From assembly GCF_009914755.1 (NCBI RefSeq), contig NC_060934.1: a stretch of 64,000 nt of DNA, one strand, 5' to 3'. The DNA comes from the human T2T-CHM13v2.0 reference genome, Homo sapiens. Positions within the stretch are counted from its first letter, which is position 1; every line of letters starts with the position of its first letter. The notes beneath the pieces are model-generated. The model saw only the letters and a list, made by a program, of their open reading frames with translations. It did no database searches and was not told where the DNA came from. The position numbers were made by a program, and so were the translations under genes. Of this stretch, positions 22,256-54,399 are shown one piece after another.

Positions 22256-23940
22256 TCTCACTGATTTTTTTAAAAATGTATAGCATAAGAGATAAATATA
22301 GACAGATGGGAGGGATACAGAAAGGAAAGGGTTAAGTGTAGTTCAGAGGGATTTTTTATTGTGTTTCTATTTACTTTCTTGTGACTAGTGGAGTAACTAC
22401 TGGAATGGAATGTCTCTACAAGCACTGGTTTTAATTAAAAAGAAAGAAGTTAAGACCTCAAAATATATAGTTTATTGCTCTAATTTATCTGCTTTTGGGT
22501 TGAATACTGTGAGCGTAAGTTCTGGAAAGGCAGCAGGAGCCAACTCCCAAATCTCTGGTCTCCTCTAATGAGTTCTGTGAGGACAGACTCCAGGGTGGGA
22601 CCAGACCTGAAGGAGGCTCAGAAAAGGGTGAATCTGGACAGAGCTGGGGTGGAGAAACGGTCCTATGTTGAATTATGATCTCTATGCTGCTGGAGTACTT
22701 CTTGTTCTGTCTTTCCTAAGCCTGTCCAAGAGAAACTTAAGAGTTTGTATAATTTTAATCCATTTAGCCACTACTCTATTTTATAACATATAATAACAAT
22801 TTAACCAAAATTTTTAGGGCTTTCTAAGATAATTTTATTAGAAAATACGTATTCTTAGCAAGGTAAAAGCAATAAAAATACAAATAGCTCTCCTGTTTGA
22901 GATCTTCAGGTGGTGACATCAGAAGTCACAACAACATAAGAGCCATCGCCAAAGTCCCCTTAACACCCCACTTTATTGTACTGACTATATGATGCTTAAT
23001 TAAACCATTTATCCAGTTGCTCTACACTGAAAGTTTTTGAATGACAGGGACCATGACTGCTTCATCTATTTTTCTAAAGACCATATGAAATGGAGGCAAT
23101 TTGTTTATCAGTCTGAGTCTCCAGAACTCCTGAATTTTTTGCCAAGGAAACTGGAGAAACTCTCATCTGGGTACCAACCACGGAGAATCTTTCTACAAAA
23201 GAAGGAACAGACACTGAATGACTCATTTCCCTTCCTCTAACATGGAAGCAGAATTAGACACTCCTGCCAGCCTGACCCAAGTCTGCACAGGACATCCTGA
23301 AATGTCTTAAAGATTCCCGGGTGACTGTGAGAGGATTCCTAGTGACCATGGACTGATGACCCTATGTTGATCCAGGCAGGAAAGACTCAAGCTGATTCTA
23401 AATAGAAAATGGAACTGCCCTGGTAGAGCTCCAGAACCTGGATCTACGTGTGATATCACCTGTTCTGATTAGCTAGCTCTTAGGTAATACTCAAGAATAC
23501 TCTATTCCAGTGTCACATTTTACAAATAGGTAAACTTATGTCATTGCTCTGGGTATTTTGTGGCTTTGATCTCTCCTTGCTGACATGCATGTTTACACTT
23601 ACAGATTGTGCAACCAGATTCTATTTACACCAGCAGCCTCTCACTTAACCATAGCAGGTCACTGGAAAAGATCTGGAAAGCTCAAAGGGATACACTCTGA
23701 AAGAAGGGCTTTAAGATTTCTATGCTGACATCTCACAGATCAGAAAATGTCTCCTATGGGTTTTCTGTACATTCTCAAACCAAAATCTGGCTCTCTCCTG
23801 TGAATCCCAGGCAGAGCTCAGCTCTTACGTGCAGATTACAGGTAAGATCAACCTGACTCTTCATTCTTTGGTGTTACAGCAAGGAGAGTTAAAAAAAAAA
23901 AAAAAAGTTTCCATCATAAAGTCTGCTCTAGCACATGATA

Positions 23941-24375
23941 TGTCAGCCTAAAAAGAAAAGGCTAAGGCAACACTCATTTAAGTAGAGAGTTTATTTGGGC
24001 CAAGCCTGAGGATTGAAACCTGGGAGCATAGATTCAAGTTGCCTTGAATGTACACTTTAATTAGCAGCAGTTACAAGTGCATTTACAAAGGCAAAAGAGA
24101 GGGACGGGGAGTGGACTGAAACAAAGTTATTTGTCAGAAATTCTTCTTGTTCTACAGAAATAACATTGATGACTAATTGGCTATATAATTTAAGCTATAA
24201 GGTATTGCTTATAACATCTAGTGTGGCATTATTAGGTTAATTTATATCTACTTGTAGCAATAGCAAACAGTTTCAAGAGGTAAAAACGTAGCTCAAAGGA
24301 GGCAGAAGAACATAATTATGTTCTCATTTTTATGTCTCTCCGGGCCTGATAAAACTAAAAGGACTTGCACTCCTC
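23941..24375 (-). mobile_element. ERV1 (MER4-group) solo LTR
   Basis: tgtca...gagtttatttgggccaagcctgaggattg...catagattcaagttgcc; subfamily not determined. Confidence 0.6.
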
Positions 24376-25167
24376 AGATCAAAGTTATTCTTTTTCCTCT
24401 AATCTCAAGACCGAGATTCAGAATTTGGTACTGTAGATTTAGGTCCTGGATGGGTGGAGAAATGGCAGGTGTTAACTGCACATTTATGGGAATTTTGGGA
24501 GGAGGAGAAAGAGGAACGCTGAGATACTCACGTTTACTCAATGCACACGTCACCCTAATTGTTCTTCTGGGCCTAACAGTCTCCAATTCAGTTTCAGGTC
24601 TGAAGACACTATGGTCACTGAAAGAGGTGAAATGGCTGATTACTGTCCTGTGAATTTTGTCAACCACTTGTAGAAAGGCTTGACCTCTCTACAAGTGGTT
24701 GTAGAGGACTATAGATGTGAAATAGGCAGAGACACAATTCTGCTTGCATACTCTGGGGGCAGTGTGCACTTTGAAGCAAAACTGACTGGGTTGACTGGAA
24801 GCCTGAGAGGGAAAGCCTTCTCCAAAGTGAAGATTGGTGGGCACCTTATACGTATATACAATGTCTGGTAATTGTGGACAGTGTTTGACAAATATAATTA
24901 AAAGGAAAAGACAGAAAATAAAAAGAAAGAATAAAAAAGAAAAAGAAAACCTTTGCCAAATCAAAAGCAAAAGCAAAATAATGGTTCTCAGGTCCTAGAC
25001 AAAGACAATCTGGTAGGGAATGAGACAGAAAAAGCATTTATTTCTATGTAAAATAATTAAGCCTCTTATTCCTAAATTGTATTTTCTTGTACAACAGCCA
25101 GAACTATAGGCATGGTTTTGAACTTTTGGACATCTGAATTTTAGTATGCACTGGATTTAGGCACCTA

Positions 25168-25527
<360 letters not shown>

Positions 25528-26039
25528 TTATGAGTCGGGGAAGAATAAAAGATAGCTGGAAGGACTGGTTTGAATTAAAGATGTGGCCCAGGAGGGACTG
25601 TACTATGAATTTTTTGTGTTCATGCAGGCAGGTGAGATTATGAACAGGTAGTCCAGAATCCTAGGTTGATGGAGAGAATGGGTTGCTGCTGCAGATTCAG
25701 TGTCTGAGGGCAGAAATAAGCTAGGAGTCCTATAGGTACTTGTGTAGGTTTCTGGCAAGAAACTCTAGCAGCAAAGGCACTGTGATGGAATTCCTGAGGT
25801 TGGTGCCTAGTCCTGGGAGGCGCATGGCCACATTAATACCTCCTAGTGGGTATGTTCATGAGTAGGTAAAAACCAAGTGATGGCAGCTGTAGGGGAAGAA
25901 GGTTTGTTCTGAGAACTCCTTTTCTCTAAGTTTCCATTCCCCTCTCACCCTGGGAGAACTGGAATCACAGGAGAATGTGCAGTGTGACTGCTCATGTGCA
26001 GGAGAACACACAGGGTCTGATCCCTAGCCCCTGTGATGT

Positions 26040-26450
26040 CTTTCTTCTGACATCACATGGCTCAGGCCCGGTGACGTCTTTCTTCTGACACCTAATTTGT
26101 AGAATTTCCTGAATATCCAGCAATTCTCCAACATCAACCAGTTGTTTAACATTTTATCTCACACTACTCAAAATCAGTGCAGATCCCACAAGTCCAGAGT
26201 TTAGTCCCACAATACTGTCCTTACTGCAGATGCCCGTCACAAGTCCCAGGTGCTCATCTGTACTTCTGAGTGACTGTCTAGAGCAGCTACTTTAAATGGT
26301 TCAAATTATTGAACACCTCCTGGAATTGAATAATGTGATTAAACTACTCACAGAACTCGGCAAAACACTATACTTGTGTTTACCAGTTTGTTCTATAAGA
26401 TACAATGCAGGAACAGTCAAATGGAAGAGGTGTATAGAAAAAAGGAAAGT
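26040..26450. mobile_element. MER21-like LTR fragment
   Basis: cagatcccacaag...agtcccacaatactg...ctcacagaactcggcaaaacac. Confidence 0.6.
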
Positions 26451-26493
26451 GGTGTGAAAAGATGGGGGCACACAGACAATTTTGGTAAATAAC

Positions 26494-27033
26494 TGTGATT
26501 AATAAAAATTTCTCATCTATTGTGTTCTCCAGGAGCAGCTTAATGAAAATAAACAACTTTCCCATTGTGACTTAGATGATGCTTGCTTTTTTCACCTATC
26601 ACATAGCCAGACACAGACTCTACAAATTTTCATCATTTTCCCATAAAGAATCAGCTGAACAATTGTCTTTAGTGATCATAACAACATACTTTTTAATCCA
26701 ACTTTGCTTAAGTTTCTCTCCTTCCCCAGACTCCTGAACTTTGACCCAATCTCAGTCTGAGCAAACATACAACCTCATGTTATGTCCCTGCTAAAAAGAT
26801 ACTGACTTCAGGGTAAAATATTCTCTGATCTAGAGTCTGATTTTGCCACCCTTCATCCTGCCCTCCCCTCCCATCTCCTTTCTAATCTTGTTTGCTTCTC
26901 CCTAGGAAAGACAGCCCTTGTATGCCTAACCTTTGAGGTCCTCAAAGATCTTATAGTCTGTACTACCCCCTCTTGTAATACTCCTTTGGAAATTCAAAAC
27001 TTTTTACTTAAATCTGACTTTTTTTATTTGACA
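26494..27033 (+). mobile_element. MER92B-like LTR
   Basis: tgtga...gacttagatg...actttgcttaagtttctctccttcccc...ttatttgaca. Confidence 0.6.
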
Positions 27034-27411
27034 GAGTCTAGAAACAACCCCAGGTCAATAAAAATTTCATCCTCAGAAAGACCCTCCCAATGCCCTTCCA
27101 TCCCAACCCCAGCTGCATCTGCCTATGGATCCCCAGCTCGCCTGGGCTCTGTAGCTTCTCTCAGTAGAAAGGATTCTTCCATGGCTGGGGTGAGCGGGCT
27201 GGGACACCTGCAGGAAAGGCTCCTCAGGAAGAAATAACTGGACCTTCAATAACCTTTTTTTGCAGTCTCAATATTGGCCTTAGCTTGGAGTCACTGGGCT
27301 CAGGCTTCAATTCCCAGTCAGAGTTATTCACTTGGCTTTTTAATACTAAGTGTTTGAAAAATTCAGCAAAATTGCTCAAACACAGAGTTTATATAAGGGA
27401 AGAAAATTTTA

Positions 27412-27739
<328 letters not shown>

Positions 27740-29015
27740 TTACATTCCATGACTTAACAAAAAAAGCAAAACTATCCCTTTCAGACAATAAACATGTCAT
27801 TAAATTATTTTATAACAAATCATTTAGTAAACAATTAGTCACTTGGGAACACTGCTAGGAGGTGGCAAGTCCCATCTCATAAAATTTAGCATTTATACTC
27901 AAAAATCAAGATAACAGGATATAGAGCAGAGATAGCCACTGTCACAATTCACCCTACAAAAATCGGAACTGTTTTGATGAATCTACACATTTCACCAACT
28001 GATCTATCATATTTTCTTGTAGAAATATATTCATTATCTATAGCCATAATGGAATAAACATTTTTTCCTATTCTTTTTCCCAGTAGCACTCCCAAAGCTA
28101 AGCCCTGGGATTTTGTTTGAATCTTCCCTCTCTTAAAAAAAAAAACACTTGACAACCTTTCTACACTCACTCTGGGGAACAAAAAGGCAAATAAGAATTT
28201 TTAACAAATGGAATGTATGACTAAATATTTAATTTTTTCCTGAAACCTACCTTTTTCATGTCCTTTGTATATTTTCTTAACCTTTCAAGCTCTACTGATA
28301 AAATGTAATTTACAGTTAAAAAACTAATAAGTGAACAAATATCTTCGAGGTGAAAAACCTAGAAATTCAAATGCTCATTGGAATACAGATGTGTTTGATT
28401 CATGTGTCAAGTCAGGCCATCCAACAAATGAGAGATCCTCCCACCCTCATCCTGATCGCTTAAGTGCTCAATGACCATGCTCCAGGAGAAACTATGCTAT
28501 GCCCCAGTGAGGGCCTCAAGTGCATTTTACTTTGCAGGTTCTTGCACCATCTCACTGGGTTGGGTAGTTTTTGTTTTTTGGACTATTTTCTTTCCTTCAC
28601 AAATCTGAAAGAATCAAGGGCAAAAATTATTTCTCTCTTTTAACCTCAGTACCAGCATCTGATTAGCTGACCAGCAATATGTCTCCAAGAAATGGAAGCT
28701 GGGTTGGATGAAGGCAAACTTAATGTCTCAAGGGGTTAGCTTTTTAGAGGAAGGGTACACCAGGAGATGTCTCTCTGACCCAGGGCATCCACCTGCTCCC
28801 TTGAGAGGCTACATTCTTTAACTCAGGTTGTCTTCTGGAAGGAAAATGACTCAGAAGCTGATATTCATGGGACACTCTAGCAGACATGGCCAAGGTGAGT
28901 ATTTTGGGTTATCCCTAGACAGTATGAAACCCAGGACCAAGATAAAACTGGATCATATCTGAGGACACATCACCTTGTAAAAATTCCAAAGGCAACCCCA
29001 ACTCAAAGACATTCT

Positions 29016-29312
29016 GGGCCAGGCATGGTGGCTCACGCCTATAATCCCAGCACTTTGGGAGGCTGAGGTGGGTGGATCACTTAAGGTAAGGAGTTCGAGA
29101 ACAGCCTGACCAATATGGTGAAACCTGGTCTCTACTAAAAATACAAAAATTAGCCGGGCATGGTAGCACAGGCCTGTAATCCCAGCTGCTCCGGAGGCTG
29201 AGGCAAGAAAATCATTTGAACCTGGGAGGTGAGGATGCAGTGGGCCAAGATCACACCACTGCACTCCAGCCTGGGCGACAGAGTGAGACTCTGTCGCAAA
29301 AGAAAAAAAAAG
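29016..29312 (+). mobile_element. AluS
   Basis: TSD aaagacattctg. Confidence 0.9.
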
Positions 29313-29364
29313 ACATTCTGATAAGATATCTGTGCCTAGGGAAGATAAAAGGAGGCACGAAGGT

Positions 29365-29616
29365 TTTTTTTGTATTTTTTTTTGTATACTTTTAAGTTCT
29401 AGGGTACATGTGCACAACGTGCAGGTTTGTTACATATGTATACATGTGCCATGTTGGTGTGCTGCACCCATTAACTCGTCATTTACATTAGGTATATCTC
29501 CTAATGCTATTCCTCTCCCCTCCCCCCAACTCAGGACAGGCCCGGGTGTGTGATGTTCCCCTTCCTGTGTCCAAGTGTTCTCATTGTTCAATTCCCACCT
29601 ATGAGTAGAGAACATA
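29365..29616 (-). mobile_element. Short L1PA (L1PA4/5-type) 3' end
   Basis: L1 3' UTR with poly(T); degenerate TSD gaggcacgaaggtt (29352) / gaggcacaaaggtc (29618). Confidence 0.85.
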
Positions 29617-29965
29617 AGAGGCACAAAGGTCTTTTACAATTAAGTATCAGAAGACAACTGTGCTTTTTTCTCACGTGAAATGGTTACGAACAGAAAACAA
29701 ATCTTTCTAAAAGTGTTATCCAATGCTTTGTGAAAAAATGATTAATTAAAATACTGTGTCTGAAATGTACAGTAAAGTAGAAATAACGGTAATGTTGTGA
29801 ACCATGGAGGGGAAGTTAGCATTTGAGAATGTCAGAAAGAACTGGAAAGTTAGTATTTTACTACAAGAGAGGGTTAGGCTGGAGGAACGGTGACGGGGAG
29901 GTAGACTTGAGACCCTGCTTGAGCCATATTTGGAAAATGCAAGGGAAAACTAGTCCCCAGTGGAG

Positions 29966-31024
<1,059 letters not shown>

Positions 31025-31397
31025 AGGAGAAAAGAGGGACCGGGGACCCCACAAATACACCTCTTTGCATCCACAAATCCTGCTCACCGAGTCGAGATTC
31101 TCCCGTGATGACGCTCCAATCATCCCCGCACACGCTGGGGAAGACGCGTGGCTGTGGGAGCCGAGTGGCACAGGGAGGGCTCCAGACTGGGGAGCCGGTG
31201 TCGCCACACAGGCAGGGGACTGGAGCCCGGGGTCCCAGCTTCCAGTCCAGCCGACATTTGTGGCCGAGCTGGGCCAGGAGGGACTCGGGTCCACAAACCT
31301 AGAAGACGACTGCAGGGAGGCCCAGTCACGCTACCGCCGCTTCGGCAGCGGAGCCTAGCCTGCCCCCCATCTCTTGGGATGTCGAGCCGGCACTCAC

Positions 31398-31620
31398 CAT
31401 TTCTCTGCTTCCAGGAAATCCTGGCGTCTTAGCTACGGGTCTGCCAGTCCCTGCAGGTCTCACAGCCACAGCAGCTGGGCCTGTAGGAGCAGAGTACGGG
31501 GGAGCAGTTGGGGGGCAGTTCTCTGTGAACTGAAGACTAGATCTGCAGCCCCAGCTGCGGCAGGAGACAAATGCCCCCGCCAACACCCGGAAGCCGCCCT
31601 TGTCCTCTCCAGCTGCAGCC
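31398..31620 (-). pseudogene. Exon 1 (5' UTR plus start ATG)
   Basis: GCTAAGACGCCAGGA...GGAAGCAGAGAAATG|gtgagt is typical of ZNF91-family first exons; the 5' boundary is approximate. Confidence 0.85.
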
Positions 31621-31969
31621 TGATTGCCCGGTTTTCGGCCCCGTGCCCCTTATTGGATAAAGCTTCAGGCCCCGTCCCCAGTCCGTGAGTGACAGAAGAT
31701 GTGACCAAACACTGGACTCAATGAGGACGGAGTGACAACCTAGGCTGCAGCCTTTCCTGGCAGGCCTTTATCCCTGCTCTGAGCAGGGCCTACCCTACAG
31801 GGTATTTGCATTTAACCTTGTGTATAAGGTCATATCCATTTATAAATAATATGTTTTATGTTATTCACAAGTGGAAAGAGTATAATGAGAATTATTTTAG
31901 AATTTTGGATTTCATGATCTTCCTGGCCCTAGTCTTTTGAGCAAGCAGCCTGAGATTACAAGGAGGAGG

Positions 31970-32268
31970 TATTCCTCTGGAGTAAAACGTGAGCCATGTG
32001 TGAATTTTAAATTTTCTAGTAGCCATATTTTTAAAAAGTAGAAAGAAATAGGTAAAACTGACTGTAACAATTTATTTAACCCAATATGTTCAAAATATTA
32101 TCATTTTAATATGTAATCAATAAGCATGAAGAATATATATATATATGGTACAAAATATTTGAAACTCACTCCATATTTTACCTTTCTAGCACTCTCAGTT
32201 TAGACCAGTGAGTTTCCAGGCACTAAGTACCCACAAATGGCAAGCAGCTGCCACATAGGAGTGCAGCT
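31970..32268 (+). mobile_element. MER33 DNA transposon (hAT-Charlie)
   Basis: gagccatgtgtgaattttaaattttctagtagcca...ttatttaacccaatat. Confidence 0.8.
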
Positions 32269-32849
32269 CTGATTTCAGTGGGGTGAAGGGCCAGTAAAAC
32301 ATCCCTTTTCTGTCAGAGGTGAAAAAACAGCCTCTCCTCACCAACTTCTCTCCTCAGATCCAAGGGTATAGGAGACAGTGCCCATACAGGGAGAAGAGGG
32401 TGGAAAAAATAAAATGTTCACAGGTAGACCATTGCTGCCAACCTGCTGCCTGCCTGCCTTCTTTCCAGAAATCAGACAGTAAACAAAGGATGATAGGGCC
32501 ACAGGAGAGGGGAACCCCATGTTTTTAGATCTGGCTCACAGACTTGACCTCCAATGTTTAGATATGGAGAAAATGAATTAATGGCAAACGTAATTTGCTA
32601 TTTGGCCATGGCCCTAATAATCAGGCTGTGGTTTTCTCTTTTCTCCTGTAGTGTGGGGATCGTGTAAGTATAAGTACCAATCACATGTGTACATGTCTAC
32701 ATGCATTTTTGCATTACTCAACATTATCTTACAAGATATCCAACTTTAAATAAGGGACAAGAAAATCGATACCTATGAGATGCTCACTGTTTTCAAGTAA
32801 TAGTAATCAATCTGTTTTTGAATCCTACCAGGCTGTCTACACTGGGTGC

Positions 32850-33342
32850 ATGGATTAGTTAGTTATTGATGCATAAAAACCACAAAAAACTTAGTAGCTC
32901 ATGATTGACATGCTCAGCCATTTAGGCTTGGCTCACTGAGCCATTCTTCTGGTCTGAGATGAACTCCATCAGGCATGTATGGTAAGCTGCTGGTTGAGTA
33001 GGCAGCTTGCTTCCAGGGGTAAGCTGACTGTCAACAGGGGCATCTCGCTTCTCCTCCCCATAATATCTCAGCCTTCAGCTGGGTAACAGGGGCTTGTTCT
33101 CATGGAGATGGCAGCATTCCAAAACAAAAACAGAAGGATTCAAGATCGTTTGAGCCTAGGCTCAAAACTAGCACACTGTCATGTTCACAGGTTTCTATTG
33201 CCCTAAGCAGATAAGTCCAGCCAGATCCAAAGTTTGGAAAACAGATCCTGTCACTTGATGCTAATAGCTGTAAAAGCACCTTGCTATGGGCATAAATACA
33301 GAAGGGATGAAGAATTGCTGCCATTTTTGCTGTCAGTATCAC
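32850..33342 (-). mobile_element. MLT1-type MaLR LTR
   Basis: cttgttctcatgg...cctaggctcaaaactagcacactgtca...cacttgatg. Confidence 0.7.
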
Positions 33343-33730
33343 CCTGCCTTTCCTTGCATATTAGGTTTATAGAATTCTTTTACATCAAAAAACTTGTCCG
33401 AAGACCCACAGCTACTAAGTGGCTGGACTGGGACTCTGGATAAACTCTACCTGACTCCAAAGCCCATGTGCCTCCACAGACTGCACCACTCAACTAGCTT
33501 TCCTCGACCTTGGAAATACTGAAGTGTGACACTTCCGTAATAGAGGTCAGACTCCTTTTATATTCATGCTAAGTAGTACTGTTTACCACTGGGAATAATC
33601 CCCTCAAAAAACTGCAGAAGTATTTTAGAAGGACATGAAATAGTCTGGGGAAATGACTGAGGGAGAAGTTAAGGAAATCAAAGCCCAACAACCTCTTACT
33701 TATTTTTCATCATAGGAGAAATTTGAAAAC

Positions 33731-34128
33731 TGTTAAAAGAAAAAAACCTTAGACAAATTAAATTTAGTAGAGTGTAATTGAGCAAAGAATACTTTGTAAA
33801 TTTGGCAGCCTCCAGATACAGAGTAGGCTCAGAGAGACTCAAGCACAGTCACATAATGGAAGAAGATTAATGGTCAGAAAGACACAGTGACATACAGAAA
33901 ACAGAAGTGAAGTACAGAAACAACCAGATTATTACAGCCTGGGATTTGCCTTATTTGAACATGGTTTGAATAGTTGACCCCCTTTGATTGGCCAAAACAG
34001 TGACTGACCCAAGAGTGGGTTACAGTCTGTTTACACATTCAATTAGGTTTTAGTTTACCATGTACAGAGAAAATTTTGACCAAAATTAAACATGTAGGAA
34101 GGCAGATTTAGGCTAAACTCAATTTAAC
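33731..34128 (-). mobile_element. MER57-like 3' LTR
   Basis: tgttaaaag...ggctcagagagactc...ttgaacatggtttg...gattggccaaaac...tttaaca, followed by the PPT complement attcctccctttt. Confidence 0.75.
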
Positions 34129-34528
34129 AATTCCTCCCTTTTGGTCATTCTCTCAAATTTGAAAGATAGAGCAAAATTTTAGATATTAGTATTACCCTGC
34201 CCCAGTGATAAATGCACTTCTTTGGTCTCAAATCCTACTGTGAAATAGCAGAACTGTGGGTTTTGTAAAGTGGAAACAATGACTTTGGGTTATTATTTTT
34301 TAAGAGTTGGAGTAGAGGAGAACTCCTTGTGTTGAAACCTTCTGTTTACAGAAGAAAAACGAAACCTGGTATGTTTTAGAATTAATCCTTGTTTTAAGTT
34401 TCAGTTCAATTATGTTGCGTTTAGCATGAGTGACTCCATTTCAGCTTGGCTTGGTATGTTGGGGCTCAGCGCATGAGCTTAGTTCAAAACAATGGTGTCC
34501 ACCAAGTCTGTTTAAAAACCCCCCATTT

Positions 34529-35168
<640 letters not shown>

Positions 35169-36268
35169 AAAACCCACCTTTCTTAAAATCAGGTTCTTAC
35201 TTCAGTGAGAGTGTGGCCAAAACTCAGGGCCTTAGCGCCACTCTCAGTTACCATGGTTTTGGGTTTCCAGTCTCATCACATCATTCACAGGTTACTGTGT
35301 CCTCATGGTTACATATTTCTTTGAATTTGTGATTCCAGTTAAAAAGGAACTATTTGACATTCGAGAGATGGCTGCATGCAAACATTTATAGCTTTTGAGA
35401 GAATACAGTGCACCAGGGAGACTACCAAGTGAAAAATACCAAGAGTTTGGAGTATGCATTTTGGCCAGGGATCACATGAAACGAACCAACTAAAATTAAA
35501 TAGATCAAAGAATGAGCTAAATAAAGGGTTTACTACTGATTTTGATCAAGTAGTTTGTTTATTAATTCCAGACAACTGAATCTCTGTAATATCCAAAGTA
35601 TTCTTTTATGTGCAACTACAAGTATCAGTAACTGCACAGATACTTCTCTGTTTGTCCAGTAAGCACATAATTCTATACTTAGCACAATGTTCACAACAGA
35701 ATTTAAAGTCTGTTGTGTAGCCTTTACAGTAGAATCTGCTACAGAGCCTATTATGGGGGTTAAATTACTAATCATTGCGTTATTTACTCTAAACCATGAA
35801 AAAAGAAATCTAACAATTGATACCCATCCAGAAGAGTGAAGGCCTTCTGGCAATGCCCTTTATACTGAAAAATTTCTATTTAACCTATGAAGTAAGTAGG
35901 TTAAGAGCAGTGGGCCAATGTTCCTTTTCTGATATTATAAGGAAAAAAAGTCCCATTAATATTTCTCACCCACACTGGCCCTTCATCTTTCATCTCTCAA
36001 GGCATAAGTTTGTCCATGTATAAAGTTGGCTGCAAAATCCTCTGCATAGATAGTATACTCCATGAGGGGACAAAAGACTGCTTTTTTATTTCTATTGTTT
36101 GTAGGGCCATAAGCAGGAAAAAACAGAGCTAAGAGTCTCATGACAGCAGAGAAGTTTTGATTCATAATCTTAGAGAAAATGCTGTGTTAAGAATGTCATC
36201 TGCTTCTGAGGACAAATTTATCTGGTTAGCTTTACCTAAAGGTCTCTGATGTATATAAAATTCTGGCA

Positions 36269-39565
<3,297 letters not shown>

Positions 39566-39967
39566 TCAAAAAACAAAACACTTTACTCTTTGATAGAGGA
39601 GACTCAGTTTTCCAATAAACAGACTTGAGAAAAACAGCGTGAAATAAAGTCTGTCTTTTCTCTACTCTCCTTTTCGTTTACTCAAAAGGTGAACAAAAAT
39701 ATTTGCTTTCTTTTATTAATAATACATATCAATACAATTTTGTTCAAAAATCAAAGTTTACTTTTATATTAGTTTATCAATACTAAAGCTATTTTTAAAT
39801 AAGAACTTATAAATAAATCTATCAAATCTGTCATCTTTTGACCACACTAGATTTCCATACATTTTTATAATTTCTTGTAATTAAATTTCTTAAACTTTTT
39901 ATATTTTAGTTTTATCTGCATCCTTTTTGTGCTTTTAATTTGAAACAATCTTTTGGTAACTTTAAAC

Positions 39968-43362
<3,395 letters not shown>

Positions 43363-43865
43363 AAACTGAAAAATTTTTTTAAACAAACACATATTTTAAT
43401 GCCTTTATAACTTTCCTCATCAAAAGCACATCTTGCTTGTTTGCAAATTATGCAGAATTGTTTGTCTTACACATTACAGATGTACTTATATTTATAATTA
43501 ATTCCATTAACTCTTAGTAATTCTCATTTTTAGCGAAATCCCTAGAAAGCAATTTTGAATAGTTTTGTATCCATATTTGTATATAAAAATTATTTTATAA
43601 TTGTTTAAAGAAATGTGTCTTCAATGTTCTTTTTACTAACAGATCTAAATATACTCAGCTTTTCTATATCACATAAAAATAAGATACCAAAGCATATAAA
43701 CTTAAGGTGATATTTAATAATTAATGTTTTAGTATTTTAATGTACAAATGACTTTGATTTTATAAACATTATTAAATTAACATAACATGTCTTTAAGATC
43801 TTAAATTATTGAAAAGGATTTTGAAACTATGACCTGGGTACATTCTCTAATGTCTTTCTCAGTCA

Positions 43866-46884
<3,019 letters not shown>

Positions 46885-48106
46885 GGCCTACCTTTTATAA
46901 ACACTTTATCTAGGATAACTTTTTTCTCACCTTCAGGAAGAGCATAGTTTAAAAGTGTAGCATAGTTAATTGTCTTACCAGTGATTCACTTAAGCCTTTT
47001 CCTTTGCCTCTTATTGTCTTTTTAAAAAACAATATTGAAATCTTTTTATAAGCTTGTGCACATCAACAGTCATTCCTAGATAAGACTAATTAGAAAAACC
47101 TCATTTTCAAATACACCTCTTAAAATGCAGTATTGTTTATTTGGAACATTCCATTGTAATTTCAAATTACCTTTAGTATGTTTTTGCCATTTCTTTAAGA
47201 ATTTGCTGCTTCTGGGGTCTAATACTTATATATGTAAATGTAGCCATAGCTAGGAGGTGGATTATTCAGTTCTTAAGAAATTAAGAATCCCATTTTTACC
47301 TTGAATCTTGGCTTTGGCACTGTTCTTCTTGATCAATTTAGCCAACAATTTTTCCCTGCCTAAGGTCATAAGAAAAAGAAACAAAAGCACTAGAACATAA
47401 AAAAACTCTGTCAATTTCCAAAAACCAAAGTTTATATGCCCTGTAATATTGTCATTTACTATTGGTTGATATCTGACCTATTCAGAGAAAAGGGACCTCT
47501 AACTGGATTCCATCCAGTTAATTATCAAATCCAATGGGATCCTGAACCCAGTCATATTTCTGTCATAAATTTCTAACCAAGTTTGGATTAGAAATTTGCT
47601 CAAACAAACTTGGAGAGCTCAAAACACAAATCCATAATGCTTTGTGTAAGAGTTAAAGAAAGAGTAAAGAAACACAAAATGCGGCTCAACAGTTAGAGAC
47701 AGATTTATTTTTGAGAAAATATAACTGTGGGGCTTCTGGCCAATTTTGGTCAGGAGCACTTTCTCTTACAGACTAAGAGTATATATTGGTTTTAGGGTGA
47801 GGGTGCCTATCACAAGCTTGGAATTCTTCTGTGTGAGGGAGAAGTTTTATGGAGGGATTGAAATGTCTCTGGGTGGAGGGGAGGTTATCTTGGGGATAAC
47901 ATCTTTCTGGCCAGAGAGGGGTTATCACAAGGCTGGCGTCTTCCTGGCCGGAGGGAGGTTATCTTGGGGCTAGCATGTCTCTGGTCGTTGAGGAGTTTGG
48001 AATGTTTCTGTTTGGAGATGTTATTTGTGGTTTATGGTTGTGCTGACCTTAGCCATTAGGCTGACGCCCTTTGGATTTAGGCAGTTTTTGATCAAGGTGA
48101 ACTTTA

Positions 48107-54320
<6,214 letters not shown>

Positions 54321-54399
54321 AGCTAAGGATCCTGGTCCTCAATGGACATGGGGGCCAAGGATATTCCATTGTCAGCACCAGCAGTGAAGACATTTCCTC